NCBI GenBank assembly: GCA_001770285.1 | Contig: MEQQ01000066.1 | Coordinates: forward strand, 15,058 to 68,089 | Source of the DNA: Betaproteobacteria bacterium RBG_16_66_20 | GTDB taxonomy: Bacteria; Pseudomonadota; Gammaproteobacteria; Burkholderiales; SG8-39 | DNA: 53,032 bases | Reading direction: 5' to 3' | Shown here: piece by piece, positions 40,254 to 48,798 of the stretch | How the letters are laid out: each line of letters opens with the position of its first letter | How positions within the stretch are numbered: position 1 is the stretch's first letter | The notes under the pieces: model-generated | The model's database searches: none | What the model was told of the DNA's origin: nothing | Seen by the model: the letters and a program-made list of their open reading frames with translations, nothing else | Program-made: the position numbers and the translations under genes

Positions 40254-40685
40254 TCAGCGCGCTCCGGGGTCGCTGCGGTCGGCGTTGCCTGCCGCCTGCT
40301 GCAGATGCACCGGCAGGTGCTCGCGCACGGCGGCGGCGAGCGTTTCACGCAGAATCGGCTTCACGATGTGCACGCTCGCGCCCAGCCTGCGGCAACGCTC
40401 GATCGACTCCGGATCGTCCAGCACCGAGACCACGAGCACGGGAGTGCTGCGGTTCGGCGAGCGTTCCCCGCGCAGCCACTCGAGCACGTCGAAGCCGCTT
40501 GCGTCGGGCATCAGCAGATCGAGCAGGATGATGTCGAAGCGCGTTTGCCGCATCTGGCGTTCAGCCTCGTCGGCGCCTCCGGCGAGCGTCACCTCGACCG
40601 GCAATTCCTGCGTCAGGATGCGCGCGATCAGCAGGCGCGTCGGCTCGTTGTCATCCACCACCAGGATCCGGATTTGCGCAGTCAT
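40254..40685 (-). CDS. Single-domain response regulator (receiver only)
   Basis: ILVVDDNEPTR, DIILLDLLMPDASG, VLVVSV and IVKP are present. The start is set at ATG 40685, 7 nt after the stop of the upstream FecR-domain gene. Confidence 0.8.
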   Translation of the reverse strand: MTAQIRILVVDDNEPTRLLIARILTQELPVEVTLAGGADEAERQMRQTRFDIILLDLLMPDASGFDVLEWLRGERSPNRSTPVLVVSVLDDPESIERCRRLGASVHIVKPILRETLAAAVREHLPVHLQQAAGNADRSDPGAR

Positions 40686-40692
40686 GGGATGC

Positions 40693-42195
40693 CTATCGGC
40701 CAAGCAGGGCGGCGCCGGATATGGTCTGGGCGGCCGCCTTCAAGCCGAACGATGTGATCATCCTCTGCGCCGCGCCGCCGACAAACAGGCCGTGCGCGGT
40801 GCCATTGGCGGGGACGGAGGGGGGAGGCAATCCGCCCCCCGCGCAACCGGCGCAGCTGCCGCTCAGCGAGATTCCGGAGGCGCCGCCGAACTGCGCGAAC
40901 GAACCACTGCCGCTCGCAGTCCAGTTTGCCGCGCCGATCGACGCATTCAGGTTGTAGCTGGTGATCTGCTGCGTGCCGAAATTGACGCCCGCGCTGAGCG
41001 AGTTGATCGTACCTTGCGCGCCGGCCTGGTTCGTCGGCGCAGGTCCGCCCGCGTAGTTGTACGTTGCAGTGACCAGCATCGCCGGCATCGCCGCGAGCTG
41101 CGCCGCGCTCGTCAGTTGCGTGCTGTTCATGAAATGCGTGCCTCCGTTCGTGGCGTTGCCTGCGACCGTGGCGAGGCCGCCAGTCCAGGTTCCCCAGTCC
41201 ACGCCCCAGGCGGCATCGCCGTTGCTGTTGGCGAGCGGCGCGCCATTGGTAACGATGGCGAGATTCACACCCGAGCGTGTCGCGCTGACGCCACTCACTG
41301 GATCGAATCCAACCACGCCCCCCATACCACCGCCACCCGGGACGCCACTGCCCGCGCCACTGCCGCTTCCCGCACTTCCTGCGCCGCCGCTCAGGCGGAT
41401 GCCGCTTGCGGTGACTACATCCTGCGTCACCTTCGGCTTAACGCTCTCCGCGTCCGCAGACCCGGCATCAGACGGCCGCGGCACCCCCGTACGCGACTGC
41501 GGTCCTACCGTCCTGTTGAAGAACCCGGGAATCCCGGGGAGCAGCGAAGGCATTTCGCCCGCTGAAGCCGCATAGCCAACCTGGTTGGGCGCGACCACCA
41601 CTTCACCCGCCTCGGTGCGGATGAACACCAGACCGACATTGACCTTGTTGTACACGCCCGATTGCGCGATGCCGCCGTTCGCCGGCTGGGGCGCGGAGAA
41701 GTAATACGATTCGTGATCGGTGCCGCGCACGCCCATCTGGGCGATCGGCGTCTCGATCAGGTAGTTGTCCTTGTTGCTCCGGCCAATGGCACCGGTAACA
41801 GCCCGAAAGCCGCCCTGCTCGAGCCGGTAGCGGACCCGCTCGGATCCGTCCTCGCGCCCGTCATAGCGGAACTCGACTACGGTAACGCGCGTTCCGGGCT
41901 GCACCACCACGACTGCCCCGTCGCCCATCTTGATCTGCGCAGTGCCCGATTTTTCGCTCAGCACCGTCTCGCCCACGGAAAGCGGCGTGCCCTTGCGCGC
42001 CGGCTTGCCTGCGCCGTTGGCGGACTGGACCTGCACCTCCCCCACAACGAACTGGAACACGCCGGCCACGGTGCCAAGCGCAACAGCCGGCCATCCCGCG
42101 ACGCAGGCGACCAGCAGCGCTCGAACTGTCGTTGCAATCAGATTCACCGCCCGGCACCTTTCCACCCTGACCAGCAAGCCGAAACGACTATACAT
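40693..42195 (-). CDS. Exported FecR-domain protein with Gly-rich linker and C-terminal TbpB/fHbp-like small beta-barrel domain
   Basis: The N-terminal hydrophobic segment is TTVRALLVACVAGWPAVALG. This could be a lipobox (LVAC) or an SPase I site (ALG/T). The FecR-type region is FVVGEVQVQSANG...PARKGTPLSVGETVLSEKSGTAQIKMGDGAVVVVQPGTRV. A linker GGAGSAGSGSGAGSGVPGGGGMGG follows. The C-terminus is ATYNYAGG...GTINSLSAGVNFGTQQITSYNLNAS...WTASGSGSF...GTAHGLFVGGAAQRMITSFGL. The start is uncertain (ATG 42195, GTG 42228 or GTG 42147). Confidence 0.7.
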   Translation of the reverse strand: MYSRFGLLVRVERCRAVNLIATTVRALLVACVAGWPAVALGTVAGVFQFVVGEVQVQSANGAGKPARKGTPLSVGETVLSEKSGTAQIKMGDGAVVVVQPGTRVTVVEFRYDGREDGSERVRYRLEQGGFRAVTGAIGRSNKDNYLIETPIAQMGVRGTDHESYYFSAPQPANGGIAQSGVYNKVNVGLVFIRTEAGEVVVAPNQVGYAASAGEMPSLLPGIPGFFNRTVGPQSRTGVPRPSDAGSADAESVKPKVTQDVVTASGIRLSGGAGSAGSGSGAGSGVPGGGGMGGVVGFDPVSGVSATRSGVNLAIVTNGAPLANSNGDAAWGVDWGTWTGGLATVAGNATNGGTHFMNSTQLTSAAQLAAMPAMLVTATYNYAGGPAPTNQAGAQGTINSLSAGVNFGTQQITSYNLNASIGAANWTASGSGSFAQFGGASGISLSGSCAGCAGGGLPPPSVPANGTAHGLFVGGAAQRMITSFGLKAAAQTISGAALLGR

Positions 42196-42265
42196 CCTTA
42201 CAGTAGACCTTAGCACCGCCCGCGGCACGGACCGAATGCGCGATTCTTGCCTTTTTTGACATTGA

Positions 42266-43648
42266 TTACCTGAAATCGTGCCGCAGGGTAATCCCGAAAT
42301 CGTGTCGGGTGTAGGCGTAGATCGGAATGTTAGACCCCTGGCGGGTCGAGCGCACCGCCAGCCGCAGGCGCAGATCAGCGATCAGCTGGTACTGCAGTGC
42401 GATTTCCAGGTCTTCGCGCCGGTCGTGGCGCGTGACCAGGAAGGCGGGATCCGCGCGCCGGTACGCCGCGTCCTGCAAGCCCGCGCTGGCCTGCAGCGAG
42501 AGCCGCCCGGCGAGCGCCTGCTCCACCCCGAGCAGCAGGCCCCATAGCCGCCGGTCGCCGCCGGGATTGCCGCCAACGTCATGTTCCCGTCCCGCCGAGA
42601 GGTTGCCGTAGAGCGCGGCCCCCGAATCCCAGCCGCGCCGCGCACCGACGCCGGCGGAGGCGAAATCGGCGTCGAAGACGCGTTGCTCGGCAGGGAGGTG
42701 CCGGAAACGCCCCGCCTGCGCAAACCCGGACCATCGGCTGCCATCCCCCGGGACTTCGCTGACCTCCAGCGCGAGCGCGCTCACGTCGCGGCTCGCCCGG
42801 CGATCGAGATAGGAGCGCGCCGACAGCAGCTGCGCGCGCGCGAAAAACCGGTCCCAGATCCGGGCCACCCCGATCCGTGCCGCGCCAGCGTCGATATCGA
42901 ACTGCGATTCGCGTGCGTTGCGCCGCTGGATCGCGTCGACGCCGCCAATCAGCGCATGGCGCTGGTCGATCTGGTGCGTGACGTCGATGCCCGCGCTCAA
43001 CCCGGCATAGCTGTCCGCCCGGCGCAGGTTGCGGCCCGCAAGATCGACTTCGGCTCCGAACAGCGGCACGAAGATGCGCGCCTGCGCGGCTGCGGCATTC
43101 ACATTCGAGTCGCGGCCGGCGCTTGCGGCCACGAAGCCGCTGATGAAGGTGCGCCGCTCGCCCGCGCCGCCGGCCTGCACCAGATAGGCCGCCAGCCGGT
43201 CGCGCACTGCCGCGGGCGGATCCAGAGCGAGCAGGCCCTCGAACACGATGCGCGCCTGCTCGCGGTTGCCGAGCGCGAGATACGCGCGACCCATGTCGAT
43301 CGAAGCGCCGGCATGCGTTGGATCCGACGCAAGCACCCGGGTAAACGCCAGCGTCGCGCGATCCGGCCTTCCGGATTCGAGCGCGGCGCGGCCAAGGGCG
43401 TAGTCGAAATCGATCTCGCCGATGTAATCATCTTCCTTCGCGGCGAGCGCACGGTAGGCCTCGTCCGCCTTGCCCGCCGCGCTCAGGATGCGTGCCTGCT
43501 CGAGCAGCCCCGCCCGCGCCTCGGACCCCGCGGCCTGCGCCTGCGCCGCGCCCGGCGCGGCCGCGAATGCCGCCACAAGCAACGCGCACGCGAAGGCGCG
43601 TCCGAGCGCCGCGCTACGCCGTTCCTCTAGAATGCACCGGCCCCCCAT
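42266..43648 (-). CDS. Outer-membrane protein: signal peptide + TPR domain + C-terminal beta-barrel, Slam/DUF560-like (probable)
   Basis: The signal peptide is AFACALLVAAFAAAPGAAQA. The TPR-like segment is DFDYALGRAALESGRPDRATLAFTRVLASDPTHAGASIDMGRAYLALGNREQARIVFEGLLALDPPAAVRDRLAAYL. About 290 aa of alternating-polarity strands follow (GRDSNVNAA ... LEIALQYQL ... LRLAVRSTRQGSNIPIYAYTRHDFGITLRHDF). Size and layout match surface-lipoprotein-assembly-modifier proteins as I remember them. Confidence 0.6.
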   Translation of the reverse strand: MGGRCILEERRSAALGRAFACALLVAAFAAAPGAAQAQAAGSEARAGLLEQARILSAAGKADEAYRALAAKEDDYIGEIDFDYALGRAALESGRPDRATLAFTRVLASDPTHAGASIDMGRAYLALGNREQARIVFEGLLALDPPAAVRDRLAAYLVQAGGAGERRTFISGFVAASAGRDSNVNAAAAQARIFVPLFGAEVDLAGRNLRRADSYAGLSAGIDVTHQIDQRHALIGGVDAIQRRNARESQFDIDAGAARIGVARIWDRFFARAQLLSARSYLDRRASRDVSALALEVSEVPGDGSRWSGFAQAGRFRHLPAEQRVFDADFASAGVGARRGWDSGAALYGNLSAGREHDVGGNPGGDRRLWGLLLGVEQALAGRLSLQASAGLQDAAYRRADPAFLVTRHDRREDLEIALQYQLIADLRLRLAVRSTRQGSNIPIYAYTRHDFGITLRHDFR

Positions 43649-43667
43649 AAGCGGGATTATCCACGCG

Positions 43668-46370
43668 ATGTCTGCCCCGATGCCGATTCGCCTCTTGACA
43701 GTGCTGGCGCTCGCACTCGGCTTCGCCTCCCTGTGCTCGCAGACGGCCCTCTATTCCAGGTTCCAGGGATGGCTTGAGGACGCGCAGCAGCGCCTGTTTG
43801 CCGAGCCGCTCGCGTTCGAGCATGCCGTCGTGTTCGACGTCGACGAGGAATCCATGCAGCGCCTCGAGGGACGGGTGGGCGCTTGGCCCTACCCGCGCGA
43901 TGTCTATGCGCGCACGGCGCGCTTTCTCGCCGCGCAGGGCGCGCGCGCGATCGCCTACGATATCCTGTTTTCCGAGGCGCGTCCGGGCGATGACGACTTC
44001 GCGCGAGTGCTTGACGCGCGCAGCGTCCTTGCCGCCGCGGCGCTGCCCTACACGCTGCGGCGCACCGCGGCGTACCAGGAGCAACTCGGCGGGCTCGCAC
44101 TGCCCCTCGATGGCGCGCCTGCACGGATCTGGCCCGACTTGACGCTGCCGCAGCCGCGCCTCACCTTGAACTCGGGTGCGCGGGCCGGTGCCATCAGCGC
44201 GCCCGCCGATGACGACGGCACGGTACGCAGGATTCACGTTCTGCACCAGGCCTATGGACGTGTTCTGCCGAGCCTGGCACTGGGCGCGCTGCTCGCGGCC
44301 GCGCCCGGCTCGCCGCTCGCATACGACGCCGGATCGCTGCGCCTCGGCGAGCGCGCCTGGCCTCTCGGCGCCGACGGCTCGGTCGTCCTGCGATTCCCGT
44401 CCAACGCCGCGGCGCTGCCCGTGGTCCCGTTTCACCAGCTGCACGAGGCCGCGGCTGGCGCGCCGGGAACGCTTCATATCGGCGACCTGGTGAACGGAAA
44501 GATCGTCTTCATCGGCAGCTCGAGCGCGATCCTGGGCGATTATGTGTTCACGCCCATCGGCCAGCTCTCCGGCTTGAAGTTCAGCGCCCTCGCGAGCGAA
44601 CTGCTGCTCGAAGGCCGCGTCCTGCGTCCTGCGCGCCTCGCCGTCGACGCCCTGCTGGCCGCGCTCGCGCTGCTGCTGCCGGCGCTCCTCGCGTATCGCG
44701 GCCCGCGGGCCCGGCCGCGCGAGTTCGCAATCGGTTTCGCGCTTGTGCTGCTCGCCGCGGCCGGGGCGGGCGGCGCGCTGTTCGCCGCCGGCCAGCAATC
44801 GCGCTGGCTGTTCGCGGCGCTCGCCGGCAGTTCGGCGCAGGCGATCGCACTGTGCGCCTGGCTGCTCGCTCTTTACCGCGAGCGCGAACGCCTTTACTAC
44901 GAGAAGCTCGCCGCCGAGCAGGCCAACCGGATGAAAACCGCGTTCCTGAACCGCATGACCCACGAGTTGCGCACGCCGCTCACCGCGATCACGGGTTTCA
45001 ACAAGATCAACCAGCTGAGCGACGATCTCGGACGCGCGCAGCGCGTGCACAACAGCGCGATCATTGCACGCAACTGCGAACACCTGCTGTCGCTGATCAA
45101 CGATCATCTGGACACCGCGCGTATCGCCGCGGGCCAGCTCCGCATAGAGCCGAGGGCGGTGGACCCGACTGCGCTGCTCGAGGACGTCGTTACGACGATG
45201 CGGGTCATGGCCGACGCGAAGGGCCTGCAGCTGTCGCTCCGTTTCGCACAGCCGCTGCCGGCCGCGATCCGCCTGGACCCGCTGCGCCTGCGGCAGATCC
45301 TGCTCAATCTGCTGGGCAACGCCGTCAAGTTCACCGCCCGCGGGTCGGTGGAGGTCGAGGCGTCCTGGGAACCGCAGCTTCTCCGGTTCTCCGTGCGCGA
45401 TACGGGCCCGGGCATACCCGCGGATTCGCTGGCGCGCGTGTTCGATCCCTTCGAGCGTGACGCCGGCGCCAAGGAGCCCGGAACCGGCTTGGGCCTGTCG
45501 GTCACGCGCGAACTGGTGCGCCTGATGCAGGGCACCATCTCGGTTACGTCGAGTCCCGGCGCAGGAACGCGGTTCTCGGTCAGCGTGTCCGCAACCGAAG
45601 AGAAGGCGGCCGTCGCGGCTGCCGTTGCGGCCGCCCCGGTGCCGCCGGCCCGGCCTCTCGTCGGCCGGGTCCTGGTCGCTGACGACAACCGGGACTTGCG
45701 CGAGCTCTTGCTGTTCCAGCTCGGCGAGCTGGGTCTGGAATGCGCCGCTGTTGCCGACGGTTTCGAAGCGGTCGAAGCTGCGACGCGGGGCGGCTTCGAC
45801 CTCGTCCTGCTCGACATGGAAATGCCGCGCATGAACGGCTGGGAAGCCGCGCACGTGCTGCGCGCGCGAGGCTTCGATCGCCCGGTCGTCGCCCTCACGG
45901 CGCACGAGACCGCGGGCGAGGCCGAGCGCGCGCTGAGCGAGGGCTGCGACCGGATCCTGCGCAAGCCCTGCAGCATCGAATCCTTGCATGCCGCGCTCGG
46001 GCCGCTGCTCGAGGGGGCCGCTCCGCTGGCGCCGCCGCAGGCCCGCCCCGCGACGTCGCGCGCCACCGGCACCGATCGCGCGGTGGTCCAGGTCGATCCC
46101 CGGATCGCCGACCTGGCGGAGAAATTCGTGGAAAGCGCGCGCCGCGACACCGCGCGGGCGCGACTGGCGCTCGACGCACGCGACCTGGACCAGGTCCGGC
46201 TGATCGGCCACACGCTGCGGGGCAGCGCAAGCTCCTACGGCTTCGACGCGGTCGCCCGGCTCGGAGGACTGCTCGAGCACGCGGCGCGCAACGAGGACGT
46301 CGATTCGGCCGACCGCGTCACCACGCGGCTCGCCGACTACCTCGCCCGCGTCGAGATCCGATTCGGCTGA
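43668..46370 (+). CDS. CHASE2-domain hybrid sensor histidine kinase (CHASE2 - 3 TM - HisKA - HATPase - REC - Hpt)
   Basis: There is an N-terminal TM and the CHASE2 signature region VVFDVDEESMQRLEGRVGAWPYPRDVYARTARFLAAQGARAIAYDILFSE. Three TM helices follow, then the H-box MTHELRTPLTAITGF, GTGLGLSVTRELV, a receiver (VLVADDNRDL ... DLVLLDMEMPRMNG ... VVALTAH) and an Hpt (IGHTLRGSASSYGFDAV). The start is set at ATG 43668. The 43614..46280 minus ORF is an antisense shadow. Confidence 0.85.
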   Translation: MSAPMPIRLLTVLALALGFASLCSQTALYSRFQGWLEDAQQRLFAEPLAFEHAVVFDVDEESMQRLEGRVGAWPYPRDVYARTARFLAAQGARAIAYDILFSEARPGDDDFARVLDARSVLAAAALPYTLRRTAAYQEQLGGLALPLDGAPARIWPDLTLPQPRLTLNSGARAGAISAPADDDGTVRRIHVLHQAYGRVLPSLALGALLAAAPGSPLAYDAGSLRLGERAWPLGADGSVVLRFPSNAAALPVVPFHQLHEAAAGAPGTLHIGDLVNGKIVFIGSSSAILGDYVFTPIGQLSGLKFSALASELLLEGRVLRPARLAVDALLAALALLLPALLAYRGPRARPREFAIGFALVLLAAAGAGGALFAAGQQSRWLFAALAGSSAQAIALCAWLLALYRERERLYYEKLAAEQANRMKTAFLNRMTHELRTPLTAITGFNKINQLSDDLGRAQRVHNSAIIARNCEHLLSLINDHLDTARIAAGQLRIEPRAVDPTALLEDVVTTMRVMADAKGLQLSLRFAQPLPAAIRLDPLRLRQILLNLLGNAVKFTARGSVEVEASWEPQLLRFSVRDTGPGIPADSLARVFDPFERDAGAKEPGTGLGLSVTRELVRLMQGTISVTSSPGAGTRFSVSVSATEEKAAVAAAVAAAPVPPARPLVGRVLVADDNRDLRELLLFQLGELGLECAAVADGFEAVEAATRGGFDLVLLDMEMPRMNGWEAAHVLRARGFDRPVVALTAHETAGEAERALSEGCDRILRKPCSIESLHAALGPLLEGAAPLAPPQARPATSRATGTDRAVVQVDPRIADLAEKFVESARRDTARARLALDARDLDQVRLIGHTLRGSASSYGFDAVARLGGLLEHAARNEDVDSADRVTTRLADYLARVEIRFG

Positions 46371-46378
46371 GGCCGGCC

Positions 46379-47644
46379 CTAGAGCTTGACCGTGGTCTCG
46401 GCGCGGTAGGCGCCGGTTCCCTGGTAGTACTTGCGCGACAGGAAGCCGATCACCTCGTCGGCGTTCCTGAAGCGCGCATCGCGGTCTTTCTCCACCAGCT
46501 TGTCCATCAGGCGCTGGTACGGGGCGAGGTACTCCGGCAGGTCCGGCGGCTGCGTGTTCAGGTGGTGCAGCGCGACCTCCACCGCGGTCTCGCCGTCGAA
46601 CAGGTGCGTTCCGGTGAGCATCTGGAACAGCAGCACGCCGGCGCTGTAGATGTCGGTGCGCAGGTCGAGCGCTGCGCCCCGCACCTGCTCCGGGCTCATG
46701 TAGCGCGGCGTGCCGAGGATCTCGCCGTGCCCGGTGCGGTCGATCGAATCGACGTGCTTGGCGATGCCGAAATCCAGGATCGCGAGGCTGCCGTCGGAGC
46801 GGAACATCAGGTTCTGCGGCTTGAGGTCCCGGTGCAGGATGCCCTGCTCGTGGATGTCGCCCAGGGCGAACATCAGTTCGCGGAAGATCTGCAGCGATTC
46901 ATCGGGCGGCAGCGGCCTGCCGCCGAGCCGCTTGTTCAGGTCGCCGCCATCGAAGAACTCCATCACCAGGTAGGCATGCTCGCCGGAGACGCCGTGGCTG
47001 TGGATGCGCGCCACGTGCCGGCTGCGGATCCGTTCGACCAGGTTGTACTCCTCGATGAAGCGCCCGAGGGCGGTCTTGTCCGAGGTCACCTCGCTCCGCA
47101 GGATCTTCACCACCAGCGGCTCGTCGTCGCCCTCGCGCGACGCGAGGTAGACGCGCGACATGCCGCCCTCGCCGATCAGGTGCAGCACCTTGATTCCCGG
47201 GATCCGGATGCTCGCGCCGAGCTGGTGGCCGGCCTGGCGCGCCGCGTCCTCCGGCGAAGCGGCTTTTTCGGCCACGCCGCGGGTCAGCTCGCGCACCGAG
47301 GTCGCCAGTTTCTCGCGCGTCAGTTCCTGCTTGCGCTGGTAATCGTCCGCACCCGCCTTCATGGCGCGCACCGCGATCACCTCGTTGCCCGCCCCGGTGA
47401 GGAACAGCACCGGCGGGCAATCGGCGCGCTTCTTGAACTGCTGCAGCCACTCCAGGCCGTCGCCGCGCCCCAGCATGTAATCGAGGATCACCACGTCGTA
47501 GGCGCCGAGCGGGAACGAGGCGTCGGGCATGTCGCGCTCGAGCGGGTCGAACTGCTCGACCTGCAGCTCCGGCCATTCCTGCTTCAGGTGATGCGCGAGG
47601 ATGTTCCGCAGATCCTCGTCGTCGTCGATGATCAGGACTTTCAC
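46379..47644 (-). CDS. Response-regulator receiver fused to a Hanks-type Ser/Thr protein kinase
   Basis: The REC domain shows VLIIDDDEDL, VVILDYMLGRGDG, VLFLTGAG and ADDYQRK. The kinase shows the G-loop IGEGGMSRVY, VVKIL, HRDLKPQNLMF, DFGIAK and GTPRYMSPEQ. Confidence 0.85.
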   Translation of the reverse strand: MKVLIIDDDEDLRNILAHHLKQEWPELQVEQFDPLERDMPDASFPLGAYDVVILDYMLGRGDGLEWLQQFKKRADCPPVLFLTGAGNEVIAVRAMKAGADDYQRKQELTREKLATSVRELTRGVAEKAASPEDAARQAGHQLGASIRIPGIKVLHLIGEGGMSRVYLASREGDDEPLVVKILRSEVTSDKTALGRFIEEYNLVERIRSRHVARIHSHGVSGEHAYLVMEFFDGGDLNKRLGGRPLPPDESLQIFRELMFALGDIHEQGILHRDLKPQNLMFRSDGSLAILDFGIAKHVDSIDRTGHGEILGTPRYMSPEQVRGAALDLRTDIYSAGVLLFQMLTGTHLFDGETAVEVALHHLNTQPPDLPEYLAPYQRLMDKLVEKDRDARFRNADEVIGFLSRKYYQGTGAYRAETTVKL

Positions 47645-47661
47645 GCCCCGCCCCCTTCCCC

Positions 47662-48798
47662 TTACGCCGCCACGCGCAATGCCACCACTTCGAGCGGCTC
47701 GGCTTTCCCTTTCAAGGCCACCGCGCGCCGCTCGACCGCCGTCGCGCCCCCGAGCATCGCGTGCAGCGACAACGCGGCGCGCGGCCCGATCAGGATCTCG
47801 TTCGCCGCCGCGGTCTGCATCAGGCGCGCCGCGACGTTCACCGGATCGCCGATGATGGTGTAGCTCATGAAACTGGGCGCGCCGACGTTGCCGACCACCA
47901 CTTCGCCGGACTCGATCCCGATCCCGATACCGGTGGCAAGGCCGTGCTCGGCCCTCCAGCGCGCCGCCACCGGCGCGAAGCGCTCGATCATCGCGCGCGC
48001 GGTCCTGACTGCGCGCGCAGTGGCATCGGGCTGCTGCACCGGCACGTTGAATCCGACCAGCAGGCTGTCGCCCGCCATGCTGAACACGGTCCCCTCGTTG
48101 TCATGCACTGCCGCAGTCAATTCGGTGAAAAACTCATTCAACATCGGCACGATATTCGACACCGGCACGGCCTCCGAGAGGTGCGTGAAACCGCGCAGGT
48201 CGGCGAACAGCGCCACCACCGCGGTGCGCTCGGAGAGGTTGCGGAACACGGCCTCGCCGTCCGGGCTTTCGCGCAGCACGCGTTCGGCGAGGCGCGGCGA
48301 CAGGTAGCGCGAAAAGGCCTTGCGGATCGCCTCCTTGGCCTGCACCTCGGCGGCGAGCCGCCGGCCTTCCAGTTCCTTGCGGGTTTCGTGCAGGCGGCGC
48401 AGCGTCTTGACGCGCGCCAGCAGTTCCTCGCGCTGCACCGGCTTGGAGAGGAAATCGTCGGCGCCGGCCTCGATGCCGCGCACGCGGCTCTCGTGGTCCT
48501 CGAGCGCGGTGATCAGCACCACCGGCAGGAGCGCCGTCGAGTCCTCGCTCTTCAACCGGCGGCAGATGTCGAAGCCGCTCGGGCCGGGCATCTGCACATC
48601 GAGCAGCACCAGGTCGGGCGGCGCGGCCGCGATCATCTCCAGCGCGACATGGCCGTCGGCGGCGATGTCCGCGTGCATGCCCTGCTGCGCGAGCAGCAGG
48701 GCGAGGAACCCCGCCATGTCCGGATCGTCGTCGACCACCAGGACGCGGAACGCGGCCTGTGCGGCGTGCGCCACGCGCCCGGAGGCGAGCTCACTCAT
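47662..48798 (-). CDS. Response-regulator receiver fused to a class III nucleotidyl (adenylate/guanylate) cyclase domain
   Basis: The REC domain shows VLVVDDDPDM, LVLLDVQMPGPSG, VVLITAL and DDFLSKP. The cyclase shows VVALFADLRGFT, MAGDSLLVGF and IIGDPVNVAARL. The start at ATG 48798 overlaps the Hpt gene stop (ATGAGTGA). Confidence 0.85.
   Translation of the reverse strand: MSELASGRVAHAAQAAFRVLVVDDDPDMAGFLALLLAQQGMHADIAADGHVALEMIAAAPPDLVLLDVQMPGPSGFDICRRLKSEDSTALLPVVLITALEDHESRVRGIEAGADDFLSKPVQREELLARVKTLRRLHETRKELEGRRLAAEVQAKEAIRKAFSRYLSPRLAERVLRESPDGEAVFRNLSERTAVVALFADLRGFTHLSEAVPVSNIVPMLNEFFTELTAAVHDNEGTVFSMAGDSLLVGFNVPVQQPDATARAVRTARAMIERFAPVAARWRAEHGLATGIGIGIESGEVVVGNVGAPSFMSYTIIGDPVNVAARLMQTAAANEILIGPRAALSLHAMLGGATAVERRAVALKGKAEPLEVVALRVAA

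Noticed and set aside
37982-40348. A 788-aa minus-strand ORF spanning the PAS kinase and the receiver gene. Likewise 43614..46280(-), 25203..27569(-) and 45740..47863(+).
   Set aside because: The same high-GC antisense artefact. The opposite strand encodes complete, motif-bearing kinase, receiver and oxidoreductase domains.
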